From: Macrostomum lignano
Taxonomy: Eukaryota
Length of the DNA stretch: 64,000 nt
Reading direction: 5' to 3'
Assembly (NCBI GenBank): GCA_002269645.1
Contig: NIVC01003423.1
Location: 34,492 to 98,491 of the forward strand
Position numbers and translations under genes: made by a program. Shown piece by piece: positions 10,735 to 23,597 of this stretch (position 1 is the first letter of the stretch; each line of letters starts with the position of its first letter). The notes under the pieces are model-generated. The model ran no database searches. It worked only from the letters and a program-made list of their open reading frames with translations, and was not told where the DNA came from.

Positions 10735-11540
10735 AATTTAAACCCGGAAAAAATACGTAAACCCGGAAAAAATACGTAAACCCGGAAAAAATACGTAAAC
10801 CCGGAAAAAGTACGTAAACCCGGAAAGAAACAAATAGAGCTTCGCCGCAGCTGCGGTAAGTTACGGATTACCAGGTTATTAGACAGCACATACAGGTATG
10901 CACTTTTCTGTATTCAGTAATACTTAGAGGCTAAAATATTCAGAAATATAAAATGAGATGGGGTGGATTTTAACTTTGAGTGGGGGCGCCACAATATACA
11001 CTTGAGGGGCGCCATACTGAGCAAACTGAGGGCGGTGAGAACCTTTTTTGGTGACGACCAGAGCTGATAGTATGAAGTTGGCCAGGTAACTTCTATGCTT
11101 TTGTTCTCTGAAACTCCTGTCTTTTCTCCTGTTTTGGATTTAATCTCCGTTCATTTAAAGCATTTATCAAAGAAAAAAAGGGCGGCATCGTCGCCAGACG
11201 CCAGCTACAAGGGGGCCCTGGGCCTGTTTCTACTGGATTTAACGTCATTAAAAGTTATAGGAAGCTACCAAAAATGAATTATCAGATTACGGATACAGAT
11301 CTACTCGGATAATGATACGGGAAAATTTTGGTTTGCGGTGGAACTCTGAAAACAAATTAAACACGAAAAACAACTCAAACCCGGAAAACAACGTAAACCG
11401 GGAAAAGCTACGTAAAGCCGGAGAAAACAACGTACAACCAGAAGACCTACGTAAATCCGGAAAAAACAACGTACACTTAGAAGACCTTCGTAAAGCCGGA
11501 AAAATAACTTAAACTCAGAGAAACTACGCAAAGCCGGAAG
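10735..11540. repeat. Two clusters of a 19-bp motif (AAACCCGGAAAAAATACGT) at about 10735-10830 and 11375-11540
   Basis: Tandem copies in the same orientation; probably TE-derived. Confidence 0.7.
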
Positions 11541-11576
11541 TAACTAACTCGAAAATATATTGAACTGAACACTTAC

Positions 11577-11922
11577 CAACAGCATCATCGGCGGCAAACA
11601 CAGCTCGCTGAATTTCGCTAAAATCCTCGTCAGTAGGCGGCGCAGGTGGTTCAACACAGAATGTGCCCTTTCGCTGACGCTGGCTTAGTCTATTGTGGTA
11701 GCCGCTGCTGCAGTTGTTACTGTTATTGACAAGCATCTGGCGTAGGGCGTCAGGCGGCGATGAGACCGTCATCTGAAGCGACGCCGATGCCGACGCGTCG
11801 CTAGCCGAATTTGGCGCCGCCAGTAGGGAGCGCCGATTATGCGCGACAGAGGGGGCAGGCAGCCTGCTGGCAACAGGGCCACCGCGGGGCAGTGGGATGG
11901 CCGAATTAGTCGGCTTTGCTGC
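11577..11922 (-). CDS. MTUS1/2-like: MTUS-family gene, most 5' exon found (low complexity, SxIP-like motifs)
   Basis: gttgccag|GCAGCA...|gtaagt; AAKPTNSAIPLPRGGPVASRLPAPS; end phase 1 matches the next exon. Confidence 0.7.
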
Positions 11923-14900
11923 CTGGCAACCAGGAATGAAAAAGAGCAAATAAAAACGCAAGCTAGTATAGGAGTTTTAAAGACAATCTCAATAAAATAG
12001 ATATACTGAAATTAAAGTACATAAAAAATCTGAGATTAAAGCATACACAAGCATATAGTTCTTTTAGAGTTACTGAAGCTAACATAATCAACTGCTTAAT
12101 CTAACAAAATAGACTAGACATTGTGCGAGTGCTAATTTTAGTTTACTCAAATGATGTTTGCTGTAGGCCTAATCCTTAACTGTCAATAATAATATTAAAC
12201 TATTTTGTTTAATTTTGCTAATGTTATATAATATTCAGATTAAAAACATGCATAAAAATTAAATAAAAAAAATTTTATCTGTAATTTTGTTATAATGCTC
12301 ATTTATTAAAATCGTAATGGTGTCTCAAAATAAAAATTGACTAAATACTAAAAATATTATAAATAGGCACAATCTGGCTAGTGAGCCAACTAACCTTTTT
12401 GAAACTTTTTATCCTCTAGCTTTTCTGCAACCTTTTAACTTCATATACTTAAAGACTTGGATATTGTTTAAGACTTATATTTTGAGTAGAAAGAAATTAT
12501 ACCATATATACTACTAATATGTAATAATACAAGGGAGATCAAAGGGGTCTTGGAAATACATGTATAGTGTATGTTTCTCTTGCCAAAATAAATAGCTAGT
12601 CTGAGTCATTACATATAGTATTGAGAAGACTATGACCCTCTAATTTTTGTTATGTCTAAGGACTGGGCAATTCAATACTTAGTCAACTACTAAGAAATAT
12701 AAAAAGAATCATTCTAAAAACTATATCTCATAGGGTGCCCACACATTTTGAGCAACTAAAATATACCAGACTATTTGACTGATGCCAAAATAGATTGACA
12801 TTTTCTAGACTGACATATAATAATGCTATTAGTATAGAATAAAAATGCTACCAAATAAGTAAAAAAATACTCAGGTATGTACTCAAATGTATCCAAGTGA
12901 TTAGTAACAATCTTGACATGGTTAGGCCTAGTTTTTGCCATAAACAAACTTTTGCAAGGCACTTTCCCTAAACTGTTTTTGAAAAATACTAGAGGTCTTC
13001 TATAATGCCTAAGTTTTTTTTCTTAGTTGCACTGTCAGATCTAAGATGCAGTCTCTAAATAAAGAGCAATAATATAAACTAGTTGTACAATATAAAATAG
13101 AACATCCTGGGCTGAGCAACACTCCAATTACACAATATTTTGTTTGAGTTTGGTGTCTAAAGATCAATTGTTTATGGAATTTTAAGAGAATTAAAGAATA
13201 ATTCTCTTATATTAGAGAATATTCCAAGATATAGGTCTATCCTGGTACAAAATTGTATACAGATATGATATCAACTAGCTATATATCAACAAGATTATCA
13301 AGAAACAAGGACTAAATGCATATAAAAAAGAAAGTATTATTTGTGTTACTAGAACAATAACAATGCTAATATCAACATATGCCATCATAGATAATGAATT
13401 ATTCTTTACTATTATCTCATCTCTGGTAATAGGTTCTATGATGCAACAACTCAAGGTGATGTACTTAACATACATGTGCAACCTTAGGATTCACCTGGCC
13501 ATTTCTATTGGTAACATACATACATGTAAGTCACTTTTGGCTGAGAGCAATCATGTGACTACTATTCTATCCACTAGCAACTTATATGTCATAGTTGCAA
13601 CCTATTAGGAACTTCTAGGAAATATTAAAGCAAAAAGTTTATTATCATCATACATGGGCAATAGTCAGCCGAGTTGGCCAATCTGGCGGCCAACCAAGGT
13701 AAGTTGCAAAAATGACTACTAGTAGGAATACAGATGTAGTACTAATTAGATGACAAGGCATTTAGCCTGAATAGGACAGTAATAGTTATTCCTGCCATTT
13801 ACCCAAAATTGTATTAAGTTTGCTTTAGTTTCTTTGACAGGTAAGTTGCATTTTTGGCCAAAAACTATGTTGCATTTTTTGTTAAAACTAAGTCATGAGA
13901 AAGGGCTTCTTGTAATACAGTATGAATGCTTTAAAAACCTATTCGTGTTACATTTATTTCTTAGAAAGACCATTATTTGAATTCTCGCAAAAATGCTAAT
14001 ATTTTTGTTTTAATGTTGTGAATGCAATTAATATTGTACGAAACCAATTTTGTTTTAAATACATGGGCAAAATGGTATAAATAGAAGCTCCGAGCGGGCC
14101 AAGAGAGCAACCGTCCTTGACTCGTCGATTAATATTGAGCGAGCTAAATCTTAGAAGCAATCGCTTGAAAATTGACTTGTTCATTTCTTAGAGTATAAAC
14201 CCCAAATTGGGAGTAGTATTAAGATCCGCTACAAGCGAGAAACCGCCTCAGGGCAGTAATAGTAAATTTGCCTCAGGGCAGAAGAACCGCTTCATAGTGA
14301 GAGAAGATCGCCTCAGGGCAGAAAAGGAGCATAAGCTGTGACCCTCTGATCCAGGGAATGCCCAGGACTGAGAGAATAATATTAGGGGAAGTATAGGAAT
14401 AGAATAGACAGTGCTATTAGACTGCTCAGGCCAGAAAGTACAATAGAAGTACAGACGCTAGCAGTAAAAGTACATACGCTACCAATAGAAGTACAGACGT
14501 TACCAATAGAAGTACATACGCTACTAGTAAAAGGCAAGTAATAACCAGCAATATTAACGAGGAATAACCCCTGCAACAGCTTGGTGGCAGAAAGTAAGGC
14601 TAAACAAAAGAATAAATAAGAGCCCTGGGACAGCTTTTGGTGACAGTGTGAAATTATTATTAAGAAGAAAGAAACACACCTAGCACAGTCACATGGCCAA
14701 CTGAATTTTGGAGGTTCTGCATGTATGATTATCAAAAGACATAATTAAATGGCACATAGTCTCAAATAGCTAGAAAGTTGTCTTTGTTATTCTACCGAGT
14801 GGATCAATGCTATATATACAAAATGATAGCCAATATCAAGTCCTAAATTGATTGTTTAGCAATGAGCTAAACAATCCCCAACCCAATATATTGAACTAAA

Positions 14901-15853
14901 TTCAAGTTAAAAAGACATGTTCCATTTGTTAATTGTTGTCTTACTAAGTTACAAAAATGGCATGGTCTTAAATCTTTATATATAGTTCTGTTACAGTAGG
15001 CCTAGCTAAATTTTTATCAAAAAGAATATTCTCAGACTTAAGCTGCCGGACTTTAAAAAAATTAATAGACAACTAAATCACAAAAAACTTTTTTAAGAAC
15101 TTAAAAATAAAATAAATAAAAACAAAATGAAAGCAGTATTTATAGGGGCCTACTATTTACTTTCTTCAACTGCATAGTAGGCCATTAGGCATAAGCACCA
15201 AGTGGGCTATGGCAGGGACTGGCAGACTGTTACCCTCAGGCCACCCACATGCAGCCTACAAAGACCTCTATGTCTGGCCCTTGGGTCCATGAATGAAACT
15301 TCACAACAGCAATCTGGCCAACTCAAGGTTTTTCTTTTCTCTCTCCTCTCTCTACTTCTTTGGGGTCTCCTATCCCTTCTCTTTTCTCTCTCTCCACCTC
15401 TCCCCTCTCCTATCGACCTATCCCTTTCCTCCTCTCTTCCCTCTCCATCTCCCCATGCCTCCCTTCTCAGCTTCTCTTACCTGTCCTCTCGTCTTCACTA
15501 TCCTCTTATCTCCTCTCTCTCCTCCCTTCTTCCTTTTTCTCCTCTATTCCCTCTCTTCTCTCTGGCCCGCAGTCATCTGGCCCATACGTTGAAAAAGTTT
15601 GCCGACCCCTGGCCTATGGCATAAGATAGGCCTATAGATACACTGAGATAGGCATAGGCCTAGGCTATGTGACATATTTAAATTAGAAACAGTTCTAGGC
15701 AGCTTGCTCTAACTACACACTACACTTGACTAAATATAAATCAATTAAACCCTGTCGGAGAACCCAGAAGTCGTCAAGTCGAGCGAGGAACAATATATTG
15801 CGGTTGTTTCATGCAAGTCAAATTAGTGCGCTGGGTCTCCCTAAAACACGCAC

Positions 15854-16195
15854 CGCACCGCCCCGACCGCTACACATTATAACATTTTTGTCAATGCAGT
15901 ATTTTGATTGCAAAGAAAACTATTTGTTGTAAGAGTAACAGAATAATTAACTTTAATTATTACTTTAAATATTATTATTATTTTTCATATTCTTGTTTGC
16001 ATTATTAAATTAAATTATTATTATTTTATTAATATTATTAATTGTATCACTTATTATACACCGAATTTAATATTTTAAAGTAAAAAAAACTAAATTTTAT
16101 AAAAGCTTAAAGCTTAACATAAAACGCATTTTGAAATGTCTTCAGTTATAGTCCAATTTGTTTTAACGTGTAGCGCTGTGGGGCGGGGCGGTGCG
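15854..16195. mobile_element. MITE-like palindromic insert with GC-rich inverted ends and AT-rich core
   Basis: CGCACCGCCCC...GCTACAC / GTGTAGC...GGGGCGGTGCG, flanked by CAC; absent from copy B. Confidence 0.6.
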
Positions 16196-17029
16196 CACCC
16201 GTATATACACGTTAGGCGGTATAGAACACGGCAAAAACCGCCTATAAGGCAGTCCGTATCATGCTATATGATACAGTAGCATGCTATAGACCGCCTTTTT
16301 TATGCGCACAAGGGCCAAATATGGCACAAATTTGAACAGACGTTTCTGCTTATTTTTTATTTCACTAATGCAAAGTAGGCCTAGCGATTTTACTAACCTA
16401 CTACGCTACTATTCTCTAGTACAGTATTTTAGTGTCACTAGAATGCTAGATAAAAATTAGGTCAGGATGACTTAGTTACAAGTGTAAGTGTTAACATTTA
16501 ACATTATTTTATGTAGGCCTACTAGCTGTTTATTATTTCCACAATATTAATAGGCCCAGCGAATTAATATTAGAACAGGAGAACAATACAACTCGACTTA
16601 AAGTTCAATTAGTGAACTTGGATGGCGCTCAGTTTCAGTTTGTAGCTAGGCCTATGCACAATTTTGTAACTGAATGCAATAACTGTGTGACTAAGCTAGG
16701 CCTAGGGCTATATATTCAATATTCTTTTTTCTGAACCCTGAATCCTGAGTTTAGGAGAGAAACTATTTAGTAAAGCTAGCTATATTGATAGATATATTGA
16801 ACAACCATAATTTAGGGTTCTAATATACTATACTAATAGCCTATTATATATACGTAGTACAACTAGCTGAGCTAGCATAAAATTCCATAAATGGATGTAT
16901 TTTTTATTTTTTATTTTATTGATAAATTGGGTTCTATTCTACTATTTTATGTTATAGGTTAAGCCTGAAATTAGTATTTAGTATTTAGAGGTTCTATATT
17001 TTTTGTTTTTTTTAACCTTCCCTTTCCCC

Positions 17030-20000
17030 ATAACCTGCTAGCCTTCCCTACATGGTTACACCCTACTGCCCTTTACCATACCTTACCCCAATGGCCTTCC
17101 TACAACACTTGCTACCTTTTCTTATCAATACAAGCCTTTCCCATACCTTGCTGCCCTTCATTGTCTTTTATAGGCCTTTTCCATACCCTGCTGTCTTTCA
17201 CAAACCTTGCTGCTCTTCAATGTATCCTGCTTGGCCTTCATTGTATCTTGTTGGCCTTCCCACATGGCCACACCTTGCTGGCTTTTCCCATATCCTGCTA
17301 GCCTTCCCCACACCCTACTGTCTTTCCCATACCCTGCTGTCTTTCCCCTACCCTACTGTCCTTCCCCACACCCTTGCCAGCCTTCCTTACTCCTTGCTGG
17401 CCTTCCCCACACCCTGCCAGCTTCCCCACATCCTGCTGGCCTTCCCTACTCCCTGCTACCCTTCCCCACACCCTGCTGTCCTTCCCCATCAATGCAGGCC
17501 TTCCTCACTCCCTGTTGGCATTCCCCACACCCTGTCGGCCTTCCCCACACCCTGCTGTCCTTCCCCATCAATGCAGGCCTTCCTCACTCCCTGTTGGCAT
17601 TCCCCACACCCTGTCGGCCTTCCCCACATCCTGCTGGCCTTCCCTACTCCTTGCTACCCTTCCCCACACCCTGCCGGCCTTCCCCACATCCTGCTGGCCT
17701 TCCCTACTCCCTGCTACCCTTCCCCACATCCTGCTGTCCTTCCCCACACCCTGCTTGTCTTCACTACCAATGCAGGCTTTCCCTACACCCTGCTGTCCTT
17801 CCCCATACCCTGCTGTCTTTCCCCTACCCTGCTGTCCTTCCCCATCAATGCAGGCCTTCCTCACTCCCTGCTGGCATTCCCCACACCCTGCTGGCCTTCC
17901 CCACACCCTTGCCAGCCTTCCTTACTCCTTGCTGGCCTTCCCCACACCCTGCTAGCTTCCCCACATCCTGCTCGCCTTCCCTACTCCCTGCTACCCTTCC
18001 CCACACCCTGCTGTCCTTCCCCACATCCTGCTGGCCTTCCCTACTCCTTGCTACCCTTCCCCACACCCTGCCGGCCTTCCCCACACCCTGCCGGCTTCCC
18101 CACATCCTGCTGGCCTTGCCTTCCCTACTCCCTGCTACCCTTCCCCACACCCTGCTGTCCTTCCCCACACCCTGCTTGCCTTACACTACCAATGCAGGCT
18201 TTCCCTACACCCTGCTGTCCTTCCCCATCAATGCAGGCCTTCCTCACTCCCTGCTGGCATTCCCCACACCCTGCCGGCCTTCCCCACATCCTGCTGGCCT
18301 TCCCTACTCCCTGCTACCCTTCCCCACACCCTGCTGTCCTTCCCCATCAATGCAGGCCTTCCTCACTCCCTGCTGGCATTCCCCACACCCTGCCGGCCTT
18401 CCCCACATCCTGCTGGCCTTCCCTACTCCTTGCTACCCTTCCCCACACCCTGCCGGCCTTCCCCACACCCTGCCGGCTTCCCCACATCCTGCTGACCTTC
18501 TCTACTCCCTGCTACCCTTCCCCACACCCTGCTGTCCTTCCCCACACCCTGCCGGCCTTCCCCACACCCTGCCTGCTTCCCCACATCCTGCTGGCCTTCC
18601 CTACTCCCTGCTACCCTTCCCCACATCCTGCTGTCCTTCCCCACACCCTGCTTGTCTTCACTACCAATGCAGGCTTTCCCTACACCCTGCTGTCCTTCCC
18701 CAATTCCCTGCTGTCTTTCCCCTACCCTGCTGTCCTTCCCCATCAATGCAGGCCTTCCTCACTCCCTGCTGGCATTCCCCACACCCTGCTGGCCCTCCCC
18801 ACACCCTTGCCAGCCTTCCTTACTCCTTGCTGGCCTTCCCCACACCCTGCTAGCTTCCCCACATCCTGCTCGCCTTCCCTACTCCCTGCTACCCTTCCCC
18901 ACACCCTGCTGTCCTTCCCCACATCCTGCTGGCCTTCCCTACTCCCTGCTACCCTTCCCCACACCCTGCTGTCCTTCCCCATCAATGCAGGCCTTCCTCA
19001 CTCCCTGCTGGCATTCCCCACACCCTGCCGGCCTTCCCCACATCCTGCTGGCCTTCCCTACTCCTTGCTACCCTTCCCCACACCCTGCCGGCCTTCCCCA
19101 CACCCTGCCGGCTTCCCCACATCCTGCTGACCTTCTCTACTCCCTGCTACCCTTCCCCACACCCTGCTGTCCTTCCCCACACCCTGCCGGCCTTCCCCAC
19201 ACCCTGCCTGCTTCCCCACATCCTGCTGGCCTTCCCTACTCCCTGCTACCCTTCCCCACATCCTGCTGTCCTTCCCCACACCCTGCTTGTCTTCACTACC
19301 AATGCAGGCTTTCCCTACACCCTGCTGTCCTTCCCCAATTCCCTGCTGTCTTTCCCCTACCCTGCTGTCCTTCCCCATCAATGCAGGCCTTCCTCACTCC
19401 CTGCTGGCATTCCCCACACCCTGCTGGCCTTCCCCACACCCTTGCCAGCCTTCCTTACTCCTTGCTGGCCTTCCCCACACCCTGCTAGCTTCCCCACATC
19501 CTGCTCGCCTTCCCTACTCCCTGCTACCCTTCCCCACACCCTGCTGTCCTTCCCCACATCCTGCTGGCCTTCCCTACTCCCTGCTACCCTTCCCCACACC
19601 CTGCTGTCCTTCCCCATCAATGCAGGCCTTCCTCACTCCCTGCTGGCATTCCCCACACCCTGCCGGCCTTCCCCACATCCTGCTGGCCTTCCCTACTCCT
19701 TGCTACCCTTCCCCACACCCTGCCGGCCTTCCCCACACCCTGCCGGCTTCCCCACATCCTGCTGACCTTCTCTACTCCCTGCTACCCTTCCCCACACCCT
19801 GCTGTCCTTCCCCACACCCTGCCGGCCTTCCCCACACCCTGCCTGCTTCCCCACATCCTGCTGGCCTTCCCTACTCCCTGCTACCCTTCCCCACATCCTG
19901 CTGTCCTTCCCCACACCCTGCTTGTCTTCACTACCAATGCAGGCTTTCCCTACACCCTGCTGTCCTTCCCCATACCCTGCTGTCTTTCCCCTACCCTGCT

Positions 20001-21290
20001 GTCCTTCCCCATCAATGCAGGCCTTCCTCACTCCCTGCTGGCATTCCCCACACCCTGCCGGCCTTCCCCACACCCTTGCCAGCCTTCCTTACTCCTTGCT
20101 GGCCTTCCCCACACCCTGCTAGCTTCCCCACATCCTGCTCGCCTTCCCTACTCCCTGCTACCCTTCCCCACACCCTGCTGTCCTTCCCCATCAATGCAGG
20201 CCTTCCTCACTCCTTGCTACCCTTCCCCACACCCTGCCGGCCTTCCCCACACCCTGCCGGCTTCCCCACATCCTGCTGACCTTCTCTACTCCCTGCTACC
20301 CTTCCCCACACCCTGCCTGCTTCCCCTCATCCTGCTGGCCTTCCCTACTCCCTGCTACCCTTCCCCACACCCTGCTGTCCTTCCCCACACCCTGCTAATC
20401 TTCACTACCAATGCAGGCTTTCCCTACACCTTTCTTTCCTTCCCCATCAATGCAGGCCTTTCCCACTCCCTTCTGGCATTCCCCACACCCTGCCGGCTTC
20501 CCCACATCCTGCTGACCTTCTCTTCTCCCTGCTACCCTTCCCCACACCCTGCCTGCTTCCCCTCATCCTGCTGGCCTTCCCTACTCCCTGCTACCCTTCC
20601 CCACACCCTGCTGTCCTTCCCCACACCCTGCTAATCTTCACTACCAATGCAGGCTTTCCCTACACCTTTCTTTCCTTCCCCATCAATGCAGGCCTTTCCC
20701 ACTCCCTTCTGGCATTCCCCACACCCTGCCGGCTTCCCCACTTCCTGCTGGCCTTCCCTACTCCCTGCTACCCTTCCCCACATCCTGCCGGCCTTCCCCA
20801 CACCCTGCCGGCTTCTCCACATCCTGCCGGCTTCTCCACATCCTGCCGGCCTTCCCTACTCCCTGCTACCCTTCCCCACACCCTGCTGTCCTTCCCCACA
20901 CCCTGCTTGCCTTACACTACCAATGCAGGCTTTCCCTACACCCTGCTGTCCTTCCCCATCAATGCAGGCCTTTCCCACTCCCTTCTGGCATTCCCCACAC
21001 CCTGCCGGCTTCCCCACTTCCTGCTGGCCTTCCCTACTCCCTGCTACCCTTCCCCACACCCTGCTGTCCTTCCCCACACCCTGCTTGCCTTACACTACCA
21101 ATGCAGGCTTTCCCTACACCCTGCTGTCCTTCCCCATCAATGCAGGCCTTTCCCACTCCCTGCTGGCATTCCCCACACCCTGCCAGCCTTCCCTACTGCT
21201 GGCCTTCCCTTTTTCCTGCTACCCTTCCCCACACCCTGCCGGCCTTCCCCATACCCTGCTGTCATTTCCCACACCCTGCCACTCTACCTC
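17030..21290. repeat. Compound C-rich minisatellite (~20-bp subunits) with a 635-bp higher-order repeat
   Basis: Subunits CCCTGCTGTCCTTCCCCACA / TCCTGCTGGCCTTCCCTACT / CATCAATGCAGGCC; ORF starts recur at 18652, 19287 and 19922 (period 635). Confidence 0.95.
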
Positions 21291-21416
21291 TCACAGGCTA
21301 CCCCTCCCAGACAGCCCTCCCAGACAGCCCTCCCAGACAGCCCCTCCAGGCTAACCCGACTCTACCCCTCCCAGGCAGCCCTTCCGGGCTTCATCTCCCA
21401 CTCAACCTCTTCCAGA

Positions 21417-21810
21417 AGCGGAGGACGATCGCAGGACTGTCTGCTGCCTGCCGCTTCGGCTGCAGTGACCGCCGGCTCAAGCGGAGGACGATCGCAGGAC
21501 TGTCTGCTGCCTGCCGCTTCGGCTGCAGTGACCGCCGGCTCAAGCGGAGGACGATCGCAGGACTGTCTGCTGCCTGCCGCTTCGGCTGCAGTGACCGCCG
21601 GCTCAAGCGGAGGACGATCGCAGGACTGTCTGCTGCCTGCCGCTTCGGCTGCAGTGACCGCCGGCTCAAGCGGAGGACGATCGCAGGACTGTCTGCTGCC
21701 TGCCGCTTCGGCTGCAGTGACCGCCGGCTCAAGCGGAGGACGATCGCAGGACTGTCTGCTGTCTGCCGCTTCGGCTGCAGTGACCGCCGGCTCAAGCGGA
21801 GGACGATCGC
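21417..21810. repeat. 63-bp CpG-rich tandem repeat, about 6 copies
   Basis: GCGGAGGACGATCGCAGGACTGTCTGCTGCCTGCCGCTTCGGCTGCAGTGACCGCCGGCTCAA. Confidence 0.95.
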
Positions 21811-23541
21811 TGCTCCGCGTGCTATCATCTACTAGTGTTGTGAGTGCTATGGGCGATCGAAGGACTAATGAAGAAGCATATTATCCGATTTCTTTTAGAG
21901 GAGATCTATGCCAGTTATTTATCTTCTCGTTTAATTAGCAGTGAGTAAAAAAATACGACAATTATATGCTGCCGCTTATAGACTCTACAATATCATCAGC
22001 AGAATACGTAAATTGAAGTCGTTTGAAACAAGAGTACGTAGATGGTAAGATGGCATGTATTTAGCTTCTTCCTAGTGAAATCAGTGAATTGTGTTGGTCG
22101 CTTACAGAACCTATTCAGCTTCTCCGCTCATAGTCACTCCAGCATCAAGTGCTAACAATGCAGATTAGCTATGAACTGTATTGGAATGCTTTGCATCATG
22201 CATTTGCATTTTAAATACAAGGACTTTTTCTCTCGTTCATTGGCAGGTATCGAGATGAGACAAAGCAATGTGCATTATGCTGCTGCCGATGCACAAGACG
22301 CAAGAGTGCACGCAGGATCCTCGTGAGGTGAAAGAAGACGACGGTGACGACTACGACATGTATGACTATTCAGCCACATTGGACAGAAATTAGCTGTTAG
22401 CCGACGTAGCCGTATAAATGTTTGGTCACACTTCTCTGTGCCCGTGGCGTATGCAACATTTAATCCATGACCTCTTTGCAATATTGCACTACCATCAAAC
22501 GCTGACGCTCTTTTTCTCGCTCTGTAATGCTGTAACCAGTTTTTTGTCCCCCCCCCTTGTCGAGTTTGAGAGAACTATGCAGCGCATTTTTTCGACAAGA
22601 GTTTTTCATTGTCTTTTGTCAATGTGCAGTTTTACGGGTACATGTATATACTTAACTGAGTATTGTAAACATGTGCCTCTAAAATAAAACAGACTTCACT
22701 GCTTTTAACTATGCTTTTTACGATAATTCGCTCTGTCATGTCCTGAAACATTCCTGTTTTATCGAATTCTCTTTTGATGATGACACAAATATGGTCACAA
22801 AGAATAGTGGGAGGTAGAGCCATATGGCGCGAGGTATAAAGTGATTTTACATGATTTTACATGATTTTACGAGAGGTATGATTTTACATTACAGTAGTCT
22901 CAATAGTTTATCTCCCCCTATTGGCCTCCCTTTCTCCTTCTCGCCCTCTGTCTCTGCAGCACCTGTTGGTTAAAAATGAGAGGAAAGCTCGGCAAGAAAA
23001 GCCTCTGTGGAAAAGTCTCGTGCTCTCATAGCCTGACATCCTGCCACTTTTTAAATAGCCATGACTTTCCTGGTACATGGACATTTACATACGTAAGTTG
23101 TTTCCATCGGATTGAGACATGATTTATAACTAGTATAAGTATATTAGTAATAGTAAATTCAGTCAGTCTTATCATATACGAGCAGTGGCGGATCTAGAAT
23201 TTCATTTTGGGAGGGGGCGGTCCAAGTTTGGGAGGCCAACATGAGTAATGAGGGGCACCAATTATGAGGGGGTGCAAAAATGCTGTACTGCTGAAAATAA
23301 CGAACGGGAAACACGGATTGCATGTTATTAATTTAAATACGTACGAGTATTTGATTTGAGAAGCACAATATCGGGGAAAAGTTTTGCCTTCTCTGTGACG
23401 TGCTTGGCAAGTGCACATGCACTAGCTACATGGGGGGGTTCATAAGACCGAAATTTCACAACGCCGAAACCATACTTCACAAGACCGATACTTCATAAGA
23501 CCGAAATTTCACAACGGCGGAGTTTTAACAAAAGCTCTCAG

Positions 23542-23597
23542 CCAATCGGAAAATTCAGCGTGCGTTAAAACAAATCGGCCGCGTGAGAGCTATAAAA
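23542..23597 (+). promoter_or_regulatory. CCAAT box plus TATAAAA, putative Pol II promoter
   Basis: CCAAT at 23542 and TATAAAA at 23591, followed by GC-richer sequence and GTAAGT donors at about 24647 and 24978. Confidence 0.3.

Larger units (their letters stand above)
15823..21829 (+). mobile_element. Copy A of an unclassified non-coding satellite-carrying element
   Basis: Near-identical inverted copy at 27742-36218; homology stops abruptly at TTAG(T/C)GC(G/A)CTGGGTCTCCC and at CGTGCTATCATC. Confidence 0.75.

Noticed and set aside
14225-14330. Three CGCCTCAGGGCAG repeats as Penelope ribozymes
   Set aside because: No CTGANGA/GAAA core on either strand.
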